From: Macrostomum lignano
Lineage: Eukaryota
Assembly: GCA_002269645.1 (NCBI GenBank)
Contig: NIVC01000065.1
Span: 193,738-257,737, forward strand
Direction: 5' to 3'
DNA length: 64,000 nt
Shown: positions 11,139 through 22,276 of the stretch, in pieces
Position numbering within the stretch: position 1 is the first letter of the stretch
How the letters are laid out: each line of letters begins with the position of its first letter
Made by a program: the position numbers and the translations under genes
Notes under the pieces: generated by a model
What the model was told of the DNA's origin: nothing
Databases searched by the model: none
The model's input: the letters and a program-made list of their open reading frames with translations, nothing else

Positions 11139-12820
11139 AGTTTCTAAACGAAAGTGCTGCTTTGGTGGCTTTTGTGACAGTCCGTTTTTAATAACTAAAC
11201 CTTATAAGTAAGAGTAAAGTGGTTGCGTGTACCCGAGCGTCAGTACCATGCTGGCTGTTAGATCGAATTTCATCGATGCGATCGACCTTTTGCAGGTGTC
11301 TGGTTTTTTTAAATATGCCAATTTACAGCAGTTTTTTTACTCTGCCTCTTCCATCTGGCCTGTAAGCTAAGTACTGAAATACAAAATTATCCAGTTCGAA
11401 CTTGAAAGTCAACTTATTACATACCAATAATATTTTATTTAAGTTTTTGGTTTTTGTTCTTAAAAATGTTAATCTTTTATAAAAACTACCACACCCTTTA
11501 TTTCTAAAGTTTCTCAGCCTGTAAACAATTGCTTGCGAACGACGACTTCACTAAAGACATCGGTATTTCCTGGAAATATTTGTACTCGTAGAACTAGAGA
11601 TTTTGCGTCGCGGGCTCTAAATGTACATGCAGCCCGTAATTGATATTTTCCTAGGTTGCAGCTCGTACTGTATACGCGTATAATAAATATGCGATACTAA
11701 CTTACGCATTAATGCATTAATTCATACAACTACAGTCTACAGGTCCATCAAGACAGCTTTTTTTTCGTAGTTTATTCACTTTTAGTGATACGAGCAAGCT
11801 ACGTGTAAAGTTGCAGTTAATGAAAAGTCAAGCCCATATCCCAGAGTTTCTCAGAGCCATGGTTGATCTCCATAATAAAAATGCTATATGGAGCTTTCTA
11901 AACAAATCTGTGTATGTACCAAATGCAGACACCGGTAATTTTAAATAGTTCAAGTGGTCTCCTGTGCCGAGGAATACTGAACAACCAATTTTAAGAGTCA
12001 AAAGTACAATGTAATCGCTACTTCGGAAAGCTAAATGCAACACTATAGAAGCGTATACATGTACATGTCCATGTACTTTGCATACATTATAATTGTCTCT
12101 GTCCATGTCTGCGTGGTCTGTTAAGTAAACTCTCGGCAGATACATGTACATATAAAGTATATATAATGTACACTGTAGATGTACTTGTAAATGACATATG
12201 CATGCACCATTAATTAAGTCGGTGCAATGGTTGCAAAATGTACATGTAAGAAAGGACAGACAGGATTAAATGGATTTCCATGTAGCTTTACAAAATTAGG
12301 AAGCTTAACTGAAATCGATTGCTATAGCTACACTAAATATTACCAAGGACAACTTAAGTAGGACGCTACACTCGAAATCTATGGTAAATGTTTTGAAGGC
12401 AACTTTTCGCCGAAAAATACACGTGTAAACAGAGATAGGAGGTTTTCATTTTTTCAGCACAAAAAATATTATTGCTTTTGATAGGAGGCAGATCCAGTGT
12501 TCATCTTTTTGATATGCTGTGCCTTTCTTATTGCTCTATCAATATTCATAAAACTTTTCGTTCAGAAATAGTTTTTAAGGCAGGTTTCACCGGAAAACAC
12601 TACTGAGATAGGAAATTTCACGATTTTCAAAACTAAAACAGTGATTGGGTCTCTTAACATTGTCTGAGAAAGTTCTAATCGCACTATTTTTGTGCCTCAC
12701 ACTGCTGCTCTATAACGACGCATTAATCGATTTTTCATGTTAAATTGGTCTTGTCTTTTTTTAAACGTTTTTTCAAGTGACAGACCAATTTATGGGAATA
12801 AATTGCCCATTTTCCCATTT

Positions 12821-13263
12821 ATTACCGTACATCTACACTTAAATCCTTTTTCCCATAAAAGATTGCCAGGCCAATTATTAATATTTCCTATTTCAAATTT
12901 ATAAGTAGCTCTCACAGGAGATTCCCAATTTGCGTATTTCCCACCAGGAAATTCTCAATTTCAGTATTTCCCACTAGGCAGGAAATTCTCAATTTCAGTA
13001 TTTCCCACTAGGCAGGAAATTCCTGATTTCAGTATTTCCCACAGAAGATTCCCGATTTGAGTATTTCCCGCCACAGGGGATTTCCCATTTGAGTATTTCC
13101 CACAGGGGATTCTTCATTTGAGTATTTCCCACAGGGGATTCCCCATTTGAGTATTTTCAGAAGCACTATTTGGTAGGATTTTCAATAGTAATTGGAAAAT
13201 ATAACATGGAAAATGTTAGTATTGGGCAATCTTTTATGGGAAAGGATTTAAGTGTGCGGTAAT
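12821..13263. mobile_element. MITE-like element with terminal inverted repeats and internal degenerate ~30-bp tandem repeats
   Basis: Left attaccg...cacttaaatcctttttcccataaaagattgcc is the reverse complement of right ggcaatcttttatgggaaaggatttaagtg...cggtaat. Possible TA target duplication. Internal repeats of gaaattctcaatttcagtatttcccac at about 12950-13160. Confidence 0.7.
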
Positions 13264-14111
13264 CATGCGGTAGTCACGTGACTGCTCTCAGCCAATAGCG
13301 ACTTACATGTGTGTGTTGCCAATAGAAACGGCCGAGTGATTCCCAAGGTTGCGCTTGTATGAGTCGGTAATACAGTAATAAATACTGAACCACATACTGA
13401 ACCAGTCGACGTTCTTTAACCAAGTAAAAATAATCCAAAACCGGACATTTTTGAAACTGAATAATTGAAAAACCGAATATAAGGCCTAGAAAAGTATAGG
13501 CCTAGCGCCGCGAGAACGCCTGGAAATAAATGAACCAAACTGTATATTTTTTCGGTTTAAAATGAAGACGAAATGCTTACTTATGCGGTATGCTAAGTAT
13601 TTGTTTGTAGAAAACTGGAGCAGGTCAAGGCGATGCAACCCCGGACAAAAAAACAATTGTTTGAGTCAAAAGGGCTGAAAGAAAAACAAGGCTGACAAAA
13701 AACCTCACTACTGAAGCCAAAAATGACACAGCGGTTTTAATAATCGACAGAAGTGAGACTATATGACATAGTGGGAGGAAATCTTACGTTTGATGACGAA
13801 AATAACAGATTATATTATTATTATTGGTACTATTAGTTATTAATATTAGAAAACTTGTTTATTATTGAATTATTAATCCTCCTCAGAACAAAAATTCTGA
13901 CATCAACAAGACTGGGATGTGATGGCGAACAAGGAGATGGAGTAGCAGCAATAAAAGTACACCGTCATATATGATCATTAATTAGACAAGTCGCATGTAG
14001 CGAATGTTTCAGCTCGGGGAAGTATTATAATCCAGGTACAAGCCAGGGTCAAAGCTGACAAACAGAACTCTTCACTGATAATTGATGTTCCAGTCAGATT
14101 TCACACTAACT

Positions 14112-17100
14112 TTAGTCGACCTCCTCGATGGTGGGGCCGGAGCCGCCACCGCTGCCGCCGCCGCCGCTCTGGCCGCCAGCAGCGCCAGCACCAGGAGCGC
14201 CACCGGGGAAGCCGCCAGGCATGCTACCGGGCATTCCACCGGCTCCGCCAGCGGCCTGGTACAGCTTGGTGATGATGGGGTTGCACACCTTCTCGAGCTC
14301 CTTCTGCTGATGGTCGTATTCGTCCTTCTCGGCGGTCTGGTTGGCGTCGAGCCACTTGATGACGTCGTTGCACTTGTCCAGGATGGTCTTCTTGTCGTCC
14401 TCGGAGATCTTGTCCTTGAGCTTCTCGTCCTCGACAGTCTGGCGCATGGAGAAGGCGTAGCTCTCGAGCGAGTTCTTGGCCGAGACGCGCTCCTTCTGCT
14501 TGTCGTCCTCGGCCTTGTAGCGCTCGGCCTCGTTGACCATCCGCTCGATGTCCTCCTTGCTGAGACGGCCCTTGTCGTTGGTGATGGTGATCTTGTTCTC
14601 CTTGTTGGTGCTCTTCTCCACGGCGGACACGTTGAGAATGCCGTTGGAGTCGATGTCGAAGGTCACCTCGATCTGGGGGACTCCGCGCGGAGCCGGCGGG
14701 ATGCCGGACAGCTCGAACTTGCCCAGCAGGTTGTTGTCCTTGGTCATGGCGCGCTCGCCTTCGTACACCTGGATTAGAACGCCAGGCTGGTTGTCCGAGT
14801 AGGTGGTGAACGTCTGCGTCTGCTTGGTGGGGATGGTGGTGTTCCGCTTGATGAGGGCCGTCATCACGCCGCCAGCGGTCTCGATGCCGAGCGACAGTGG
14901 CGTCACGTCCAGCAGCAGGAGGTCCTGCACCGCCTCGGACTTGTCGCCGTGCAGAATGGCGGCCTGGACGGCGGCGCCGTAGGCGACGGCCTCGTCCGGG
15001 TTGATCGACTTGTTGAGCTCCTTGCCGCTGAAGAAGTCCTGTGAGATGGCGGGTGGGGATGACGATGGGGATTACAGATGGACTGCTTTGCTTTGTTCTG
15101 AGCTCCCAGCTGGGCCAGCCTCAGCATCAGACTAAGGAAGGTCTTGGGCATCAGAGAACCCACTGCAGGTCCGTCTGTCGAAACCGCGAATACCTTACAG
15201 AATATCATCATCTGAGAGAGCTCTGGCTGGCCAGTGCTTTAGCCTACACTAATAATAAGCAAATAAGTAATCCTACTGCAGGTGCGAATCTCAGCATCAG
15301 ACTAAGGAAGGTCTTGGGCATCAGAGAACCCACTGCAGGTCCTTCTGTCGAAACCGCGAATACCTTACAGAATATCATCATCTGTGAGAGCTCTGGCTGG
15401 CCAGTGCTTTAGCCTACACTAACAATAAGCAAATAAGTAATCCTACTGAAGGTGCGAATCTCAGCATCAGACTAAGGAAGGTCTTGGGCATCAGAGAACC
15501 CACTGCAGGTCCGTCTGTCGAAACCGCGAATACCTTACAGAATATCATCACCTGAGTTCGCAGAACAGCTGAATTAACTACTCAAGCTTTAATTTCTAAG
15601 AAGTATCTAAAAAACTTCAAGTTGCTCACCTGCAGCAGCTTCTGGATCTTCGGGATTCGAGTCGAGCCGCCCACCAGCACAATCTCGCTGATGGACGCCT
15701 TGTCGAGCTTGGCGTCACGCAGCGACTTCTCGACTGGCTCGAGGGTGCCGCGGAACAGGTCGGCGTTGAGCTCCTCGAAGCGAGCCCTGGTGATGCTCGT
15801 GTAGAAGTCAATACCCTCGTATAGGCTGTCAATCTCGATGTTGGCCTGGGCGGCGCTGCTCAGAGTTCGCTTGGCCCTCTCGCAGGCAGTGCGCAGACGC
15901 CTCACAGCGCGCTTGTTGTCACTCATGTCCTTCTTGTACTTGCGCTTGAACTCCTGGATGAAATGGTTCACCATCCTGTTGTCAAAGTCCTCACCGCCCA
16001 GATGGGTGTCTCCAGCAGTCGACTTCACCTCGAAGATGCCCTCCTCGATTGTCAGGATGGACACATCGAAGGTGCCACCACCGAGGTCAAAGATGAGCAC
16101 ATTCCTCTCGTGGCCACTCTTCTTGTCTAGACCATATGCAATGGCAGCAGCTGTGGGCTCGTTGATGATGCGCAGCACATTCAGGCCAGCAATGGCACCA
16201 GCATCCTTGGTGGCTTGACGCTGACTATCATTGAAGTAGGCAGGCACAGTGACAACAGCATCAGTGACGGTCTTTCCCAGGTATGCCTCTGCAGTCTCCT
16301 TCATCTTTGTCAAGACCATAGAAGAGATCTCTTCAGCAAAGAAGCTTTTAGTCTCACCTTTGTACTCAACTTGAATTTTAGGCCTGCTAGCATCATTGAT
16401 GACAGTGAAGGGCCAATGCTTCATGTCTTGTTGGACAACAGAATCATCAAACTTGCGTCCAATGAGTCGCTTGGCATCTGTGAATTAGGAAAAAGAAATA
16501 TGAAATATGCATTAAAAATGTGAAATGACAAAAAAGAATTAAGAATTAATAAAGAATTATTAATGTTTTTATACTACTTAACCATATAATTTTGATCACT
16601 ACAAATAACAAATTAAGGAAAAATTAAAATAGCTTTATTATAATTTTTGCAGCTAGACATTCTTATTGATTTTTAATAAAAAAATAAATAATAATTTAAA
16701 ATAGACTATATAATTTATTAAGCTTATTATATGGGCATTAAAGTTTGACTTTTCTATGAATAATGATATTTTGTAACATTATATCTAGGCATACAATAGC
16801 CTGATAAGGTATGCTTTATGAATTTTATTCAATACATTACTACAATAGGTTAGACCTAGTAAATTAAATAGGCCTACTTAATAAAATTAGGTTTATAAAG
16901 ATAGTTATATTACAATTAACTTATATAGATGTAGTTCTAGAAATAGCCTGGTTAAACTTTAATTATCTCTACTGAAAAAAGTTAAGATTAATCAGTAGGC
17001 CTAATCACAGACAATATTAAACTGCTTACCAAAGACTGTGTTTGATGGGTTTAATGCGACTTGATTTTTTGCAGAATCGCCAATAAGACGTTCTGTGTCA

Positions 17101-17234
17101 GTAAATGCAACATAGCTCGGCGTTGTGCGATTTCCTTGGTCGTTGGCAATGATTTCCACTTTGCCATGCTGAAAGACACCGACGCAGGAGTAGGTAGTGC
17201 CGAGATCAATGCCAATAGCGGGAGCCTTTGCCAT
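14112..17234 (-). CDS. HSPA8: Cytosolic Hsp70/Hsc70 copy 2; complement(join(14112..15038,15630..16477,17030..17234)), 659 aa
   Basis: Same exon lengths (205/848/927) and intron phases as copy 1; same signatures and EEVD end. Confidence 0.97.
15120..15217 (-). ncRNA. SNORD14: U14-like snoRNA, unit 3 of Hsp70 copy 2 intron 2
   Basis: C box 15211-15205, D box 15130-15127; domains A and B intact. Confidence 0.82.
15290..15387 (-). ncRNA. SNORD14: U14-like snoRNA, unit 2 of Hsp70 copy 2 intron 2
   Basis: C box 15381-15375, D box 15300-15297. One substitution (cagacgg to cagaagg) falls outside the functional boxes. Confidence 0.82.
15460..15557 (-). ncRNA. SNORD14: U14-like snoRNA, unit 1 of Hsp70 copy 2 intron 2
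   Basis: C box GTGATGA 15551-15545 (still RTGATGA), D box 15470-15467. Confidence 0.82.
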
Positions 17235-17384
17235 GATGCTCGATTAAGTCAATAATCAAAAATGTTGCGTTACAGACTTGAAATTAGAAAACTAAAATTT
17301 CGATTCTAACTGCAAGAATATGCTTTAGGAGGTGCTTGCTACAGAAAAATACAGATAAATACACATCAGACGCTCGGAGCGCAC

Positions 17385-17448
17385 TATATATAAATGCAGT
17401 GAAGGTGGGCCGGCGAAAAATCTAGAAAAGAAAATTCTAGAAACTTCT
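17385..17448 (-). promoter_or_regulatory. Heat-shock element plus TATA box of Hsp70 copy 2
   Basis: aGAAa-aTTCt-aGAAa-cTTCt at 17429-17448 (four perfect units). TATATA box at about 17385-17392. Confidence 0.85.
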
Positions 17449-17937
17449 TTTCAAATGACTAAGTCAAATAACGACAATCGTAACTAACAAAATTAGGTTA
17501 AAAATCCGTAAATTTGCATCACAGCTTCTTTGAGTTTTTGTCGCAATATTTTAGTTTTTTAAATAAAAGTAAATGAATACTCGACAGGAAATTATCTCAA
17601 AGGAAAGGGACTTGACCGGGAGTTCTGAAAGGCAGCTATAAATACTTCAGGAACTGGGATCTCTGAAGGAAAGGGAACTGATACTCGACTGAGGCAATTC
17701 CTGCATTCCAACAGCTTTATGTGCGAGTCCTTGAATTACGTGCATTTAAAGGATATTGGATCAATAGATTGTTAAATGTATTTAGAATCGTATATCTTTG
17801 ATCAGTGCGCGCTTAAATGGTTGATCAATGGTCTCTCTTACGGGCGTGGCCGGGCGATCATGCAGTTTAGTTTTGTTCCATAGAAATAGATTAAAGTGCT
17901 TTTTTCTGTGCTAAAAACAAACCCACGAATGTAGGAT

Positions 17938-18032
17938 TCATACATCGATTTAGCGTGCTTAAATGGTCTATGCACGACTGCGCTGCGCGCACTCGTGCAT
18001 AGACCATTTAAGCACAAAAAATCGATGTATGA
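17938..18032. repeat. Near-perfect 95-bp palindrome/hairpin
   Basis: tcatacatcgattt pairs with aaatcgatgtatga, and gtgcttaaatggtctatgcacga pairs with tcgtgcatagaccatttaagcac (23 bp perfect). Confidence 0.9.
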
Positions 18033-18036
18033 GTTG

Positions 18037-18973
18037 CATTGTATTACGTTGGCTTAATACTTTAGATGGCGCGTTAGATGCACGCTCAGTTAATTTGTCT
18101 TAACCATAGACAAAAATGCGTGAAAGGCACGCAAGTTGATTGAGTGTTGCGAAGAAGGGAATAAGAAGCTGTTAAATTAAAATCACTTGTGAGAGAATAT
18201 GGCTGAGCCACCAACTAAAGTCAGACTTCTGAATCTGAGCAAATTTCCAAACGAAATGATTTCCGGCTTGTCCACCAATGAGATTGACGACATTCTGAAC
18301 GAGCCTGATAATCTACCGGAGTCGGCAATTGATCGAGAAGAGGAGGATCTTCTGGAGGTACTTTTCAAGAAGATACCTGACGAAGAAGCTGAACTACTTG
18401 AATTGGAACAGCTCGTTTCCGAAATCGAGGACACCGCTGCTAGTAAAAGTGTGACAAAGGCTACCGAATATTATGTCGGTAAGTTGCAGAGCTTCATGGA
18501 GAACCATCCGTCAGTTCAGCGTGATTTGGCGACTTCTACACCGCGCGAGATCGACAGTCTATTGCGATACTTCTATGGCTCACTTCGCAAGAGGAATGGC
18601 GAATACTTTGCTCCAGCCACGTTGATTTGTATCCGAGCTGCGCTCTACCGGCATTTCATGTCGACAAGGCGAATCAATATTCTAACTGACGACGCATTCT
18701 ATGCTTCCAATACGACACTGAAGTCAATGGGCAGAATCTTCATTGCCCGAGGCGGACGCGCCCGACACTTCCAATCGATCGAGCCTGTTGATCTGAAGAG
18801 GCTGTCTGACTACTTCGATCGGAAATCTCCAGAGGTGCTACTCACTTTCCGTGCATTACACGCACGCGTTAGACGCACGCTTGTTGCCTTTACTCAGATA
18901 GAAAATTGCCATAGACACCTACATTAGACGCACAGTAAATCGTGCATCTAACGCGCGCCAGCGTGATACAATG
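18037..18973 (+). mobile_element. Crypton-like (tyrosine-recombinase-related) element remnant bounded by inverted repeats; contains ORF 18199..18927
   Basis: The ORF segment EIDSLLRYFYGSLRKRNGEYFAPATLICIRAALYRHF...FYASNTTL...SIEPVDLKRL resembles the region N-terminal to DUF3504 in Crypton/KCTD1/ZMYM/QRICH1 proteins (from recall). Inverted repeats: 18069-18084 vs 18941-18956 (16/16) and 18037-18053 vs 18957-18973 (15/17). Confidence 0.6.
18199..18927 (+). CDS. 242-aa ORF, truncated Crypton/DUF3504-associated protein, copy 1
   Basis: ATG-initiated open frame; the similarity stops after SPEVL and no catalytic recombinase motif follows. Confidence 0.5.
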   Translation: MAEPPTKVRLLNLSKFPNEMISGLSTNEIDDILNEPDNLPESAIDREEEDLLEVLFKKIPDEEAELLELEQLVSEIEDTAASKSVTKATEYYVGKLQSFMENHPSVQRDLATSTPREIDSLLRYFYGSLRKRNGEYFAPATLICIRAALYRHFMSTRRINILTDDAFYASNTTLKSMGRIFIARGGRARHFQSIEPVDLKRLSDYFDRKSPEVLLTFRALHARVRRTLVAFTQIENCHRHLH

Positions 18974-19196
18974 AAAAGATTGCTTCAAAGAAGAGATGCA
19001 TTTTTTCGTTTTGGAATAATTATCATTTTCGTCACCATTTCATACTGCACGTACTATAAATCAATATTATATTACATTTACTCATGTACACTGTATATGT
19101 TGTACATGCACACAAATATGAACATGTAGGAACATGTACATTCACAAATACAGTGAACAAGGTATGCACCTGCTGTACATGTGCATGTGGTACACT

Positions 19197-19614
19197 CTGG
19201 GGCGTCGCCATCGATTTTATGGTGGGGGGACGAAAGGACAAAGAATTCTACATGCATGCATGTACATGCATGTACAACGTGACATTGACTATTTCCTACA
19301 TGTATTTTCAGAATCGGTACGGTGTTGTCAGCGCTCAAATTTTAGCACCACAGGCACTCGATCATTTTTGCGCCGCATCCAGGCACTCATTTTTGCGCAG
19401 CAGCAGGCACTTAATTATGCATTTTAATGTAGTTCCGCAGGCGCTTATACAGTACATGTATATAATATACTGTATATATGTATATTTTGTCGCCCTGAAG
19501 CAAAATTCTTGATTTCCATAACGGGTCGGTAGCATTGGCACGACCCCCACAGATTTTCTGAAGTGACGTACATATTGTCCGCCCCTGCCGCCCTAGCTAG
19601 CTAACTGTCTTCCC
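19197..19614 (+). mobile_element. hAT-like MITE, degenerate relative of the 49303..50138 element (second copy at 20654..21080)
   Basis: Starts ctggggcgtcgccatcgattttatgg like the 49303 TIR and shares ttttcagaatcggt, gcactcatttt units and tcgccctg.agcaaaatt.ttgatttccataacgggtc. A right-TIR remnant tggcgac lies at 21074-21080. Confidence 0.7.
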
Positions 19615-19655
19615 GGAATAAGAAGCTGTTAAATTAAAATCACTTGTGAGAGAAT

Positions 19656-20384
19656 ATGGCTGAGCCACCAACTAAAGTCAGACTTCTGAATCTGAGCAAA
19701 TTTCCAAACGAAATGATTTCCGGCTTGTCCACCAATGAGATTGACGACATTCTGAACGAGCCTGATAATCTACCGGAGTCGGCAATTGATCGAGAAGAGG
19801 AGGATCTTCTGGAGGCACTTTTCAAGAAGATACCTGACGAAGAAGCTGAACTACTTGAATTGGAACAGCTCGTTTCCGAAATCGAGGACACCGCTGCTAG
19901 TAAAAGTGTGACAAAGGCTACCGAATATTATGTCGGTAAGTTGCAGAGCTTCATGGAGAACCATCCGTCAGTTCAGCGTGATTTGGCGACTTCTACACCG
20001 CGCGAGATCGACAGTCTATTGCGATACTTCTATGGCTCACTTCGCAAGAGGAATGGCGAATACTTTGCTCCAGCCACGTTGATTTGTATCCGAGCTGCGC
20101 TCTACCGGCATTTCATGTCGACAAGGCGAATCAATATTCTAACTGACGACGCATTCTATGCTTCCAATACGACACTGAAGTCAATGGGCAGAATCTTCAT
20201 TGCCCGAGGCGGACGCGCCCGACACTTCCAATCGATCGAGCCTGTTGATCTGAAGAGGCTGTCTGACTACTTCGATCGGAAATCTCCAGAGGTGCTACTC
20301 ACTTTCCGTGCATTACACGCACGCGTTAGACGCACGCTTGTTGCCTTTACTCAGATAGAAAATTGCCATAGACACCTACATTAG
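19656..20384 (+). CDS. 242-aa ORF, truncated Crypton/DUF3504-associated protein, copy 2
   Basis: Duplicate of 18199..18927. Confidence 0.5.
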   Translation: MAEPPTKVRLLNLSKFPNEMISGLSTNEIDDILNEPDNLPESAIDREEEDLLEALFKKIPDEEAELLELEQLVSEIEDTAASKSVTKATEYYVGKLQSFMENHPSVQRDLATSTPREIDSLLRYFYGSLRKRNGEYFAPATLICIRAALYRHFMSTRRINILTDDAFYASNTTLKSMGRIFIARGGRARHFQSIEPVDLKRLSDYFDRKSPEVLLTFRALHARVRRTLVAFTQIENCHRHLH

Positions 20385-21613
20385 ACGCACAGTAAATCGT
20401 GCATCTAACGCGCGCCAGCGTGATACAATGAAAAGATTGCTTCAAAGAAGAGATGCATTTTTTCGTTTTGGAATAATTATCATTTTCGTCACCATTTCAT
20501 ACTGCACGTACTATAAATCAATATTATATTACATTTACTCATGTACACTGTATATGTTGTACATGCACACAAATATGAACATGTAGGAACATGTACATTC
20601 ACAAATACAGTGAACAAGGTATGCACCTGCTGTACATGTGCATGTGGTACACTCTGGGGCGTCGCCATCGATTTTATGGTGGGGGGACGAAAGGACAAAG
20701 AATTCTACATGCATGCATGTACATGCATGTACAACGTGACATTGACTATTTCCTACATGTATTTTCAGAATCGGTACGGTGTTGTCAGCGCTCAAATTTT
20801 AGCACCACAGGCACTCGATCATTTTTGCGCCGCATCCAGGCACTCATTTTTGCGCAGCAGCAGGCACTTAATTATGCATTTTAATGTAGTTCCGCAGGCG
20901 CTTATACAGTACATGTATATAATATACTGTATATATGTATATTTTGTCGCCCTGAAGCAAAATTCTTGATTTCCATAACGGGTCGGTAGCATTGGCACGA
21001 CCCCCACAGATTTTCTGAAGTGACGTACATATTGTCCGCCCCTGCCGCCCTAGCTAGCTAACTGTCTTCCCGGTGGCGACATGTACATGTTAAACTTAAT
21101 ATGGTTGTTAAGCTTGAATGGCGCCGCGGAGAAAAGAGAGAAGATAATTGGAAGAAGCGGGGAGATCGAGCTATCAGGGGAAAGAAAGAAGAGATCAATG
21201 AGATAGGGCCGGGAGGAGAATGCATGTACTGTACATGTACATTTACATGTAGTATACTTACATGTATATGCATATAGATAGGGCAGTTAGTATAGGGAAG
21301 AGAATTACCGAGTAAGTGTGGAGAGGACAGACCCGGAGCAGTTAATAAGATGGAAAAAAATTCTTTAGAAATTAAAACGGCTTTAGAAAAACGAAGAATT
21401 CAGTCAATTTGTTTCCATTCACAAATTAATTGCAGTCATTTATGCTGGTGTGCACTCAAACATAAGTACACATGTACTACATCGCCATAGACAAACCTTG
21501 AATTTTCTCGGCTTATTTACGCAGTTTTAGCTTGGCGGCCTACGCTAAAATCTGCCTATCATATTGCAACGCTCGTTAATTTTTTATCGTCAACTTTCAA
21601 AATCGTCAAAACA

Positions 21614-22276
21614 ATGTCCGACTTAAGACAGTCAGTCAGACAGGGAATCGTGAAGCATCTCTACAAAAGCGAATTCCAGCACGTTCGCGACAGCGCCACA
21701 GCTGGCTTCGGCAGAGCTGGCAGCATAAAGTCGGACACCACCAGCCAGGAATCGTTTATAACGCGGCATTCAACTCAACAACGCCAGCCGTCGGTGTCCG
21801 GTAGAGCCTCCGCAGCAACGACAACTGTTAATGATAGCAGGCCTCGCCCAGACGCCAGCGTGCCTAACTTGACCGTCACCCACTGCAGCATCTGCGACGG
21901 TTTGTCAATCAGCTTGACCTTCGTCACCTGCCTTCTATACGCAACCGGCTTCTATCTGTGGCTGTTCCACGGCCTGTTCCCGGCAGAGAATGCCGGCCTG
22001 CAATCAGCTGCTGACATCGGGATCTACAGTCTGTGCAGCGCTAGCGGACTTCTACTGGTGCACATCCTGCTGTGTTTCGGCCGGGTGGCGCTAAACTCCT
22101 CGCCGTCCCAACGCGAACTGGAACTGTTTACGGCCTTCTCCAGGCAGTGCAAAATGCTCACCGCAGAGGTGCACGAAGTCGAGAGTGCGGCGACGGCGGC
22201 TGCTTCCGCGACAACTGATTTTAACGACGATTCCGATCAGTTGGAGCCCTCCGCCTTGTTGATGTCGCGGAGGTAG
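21614..22276 (+). CDS. Single-exon 220-aa protein of unknown function with two predicted transmembrane helices
   Basis: Good start context (aaacaATG), GC-rich non-repetitive frame in AT-rich flanks, and hydrophobic segments LSISLTFVTCLLYATGFYLWLF and IGIYSLCSASGLLLVHILLCF. Family not recognised. Confidence 0.55.
   Translation: MSDLRQSVRQGIVKHLYKSEFQHVRDSATAGFGRAGSIKSDTTSQESFITRHSTQQRQPSVSGRASAATTTVNDSRPRPDASVPNLTVTHCSICDGLSISLTFVTCLLYATGFYLWLFHGLFPAENAGLQSAADIGIYSLCSASGLLLVHILLCFGRVALNSSPSQRELELFTAFSRQCKMLTAEVHEVESAATAAASATTDFNDDSDQLEPSALLMSRR

Larger units (their letters stand above)
18158..21073. repeat. Direct tandem duplication, 2 x 1457 bp (18158..19614 and 19615..21071)
   Basis: Copies look identical apart from T18359/C19816 (V vs A). 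A GG microhomology lies at the junctions. Confidence 0.95.

Noticed and set aside
19032-19550. Several overlapping small ORFs rich in C/T/Y/M/H (duplicated at 20489-21007)
   Set aside because: They arise from tacatgta/tgcatg-rich low-complexity DNA and the MITE; no coherent codon signal.
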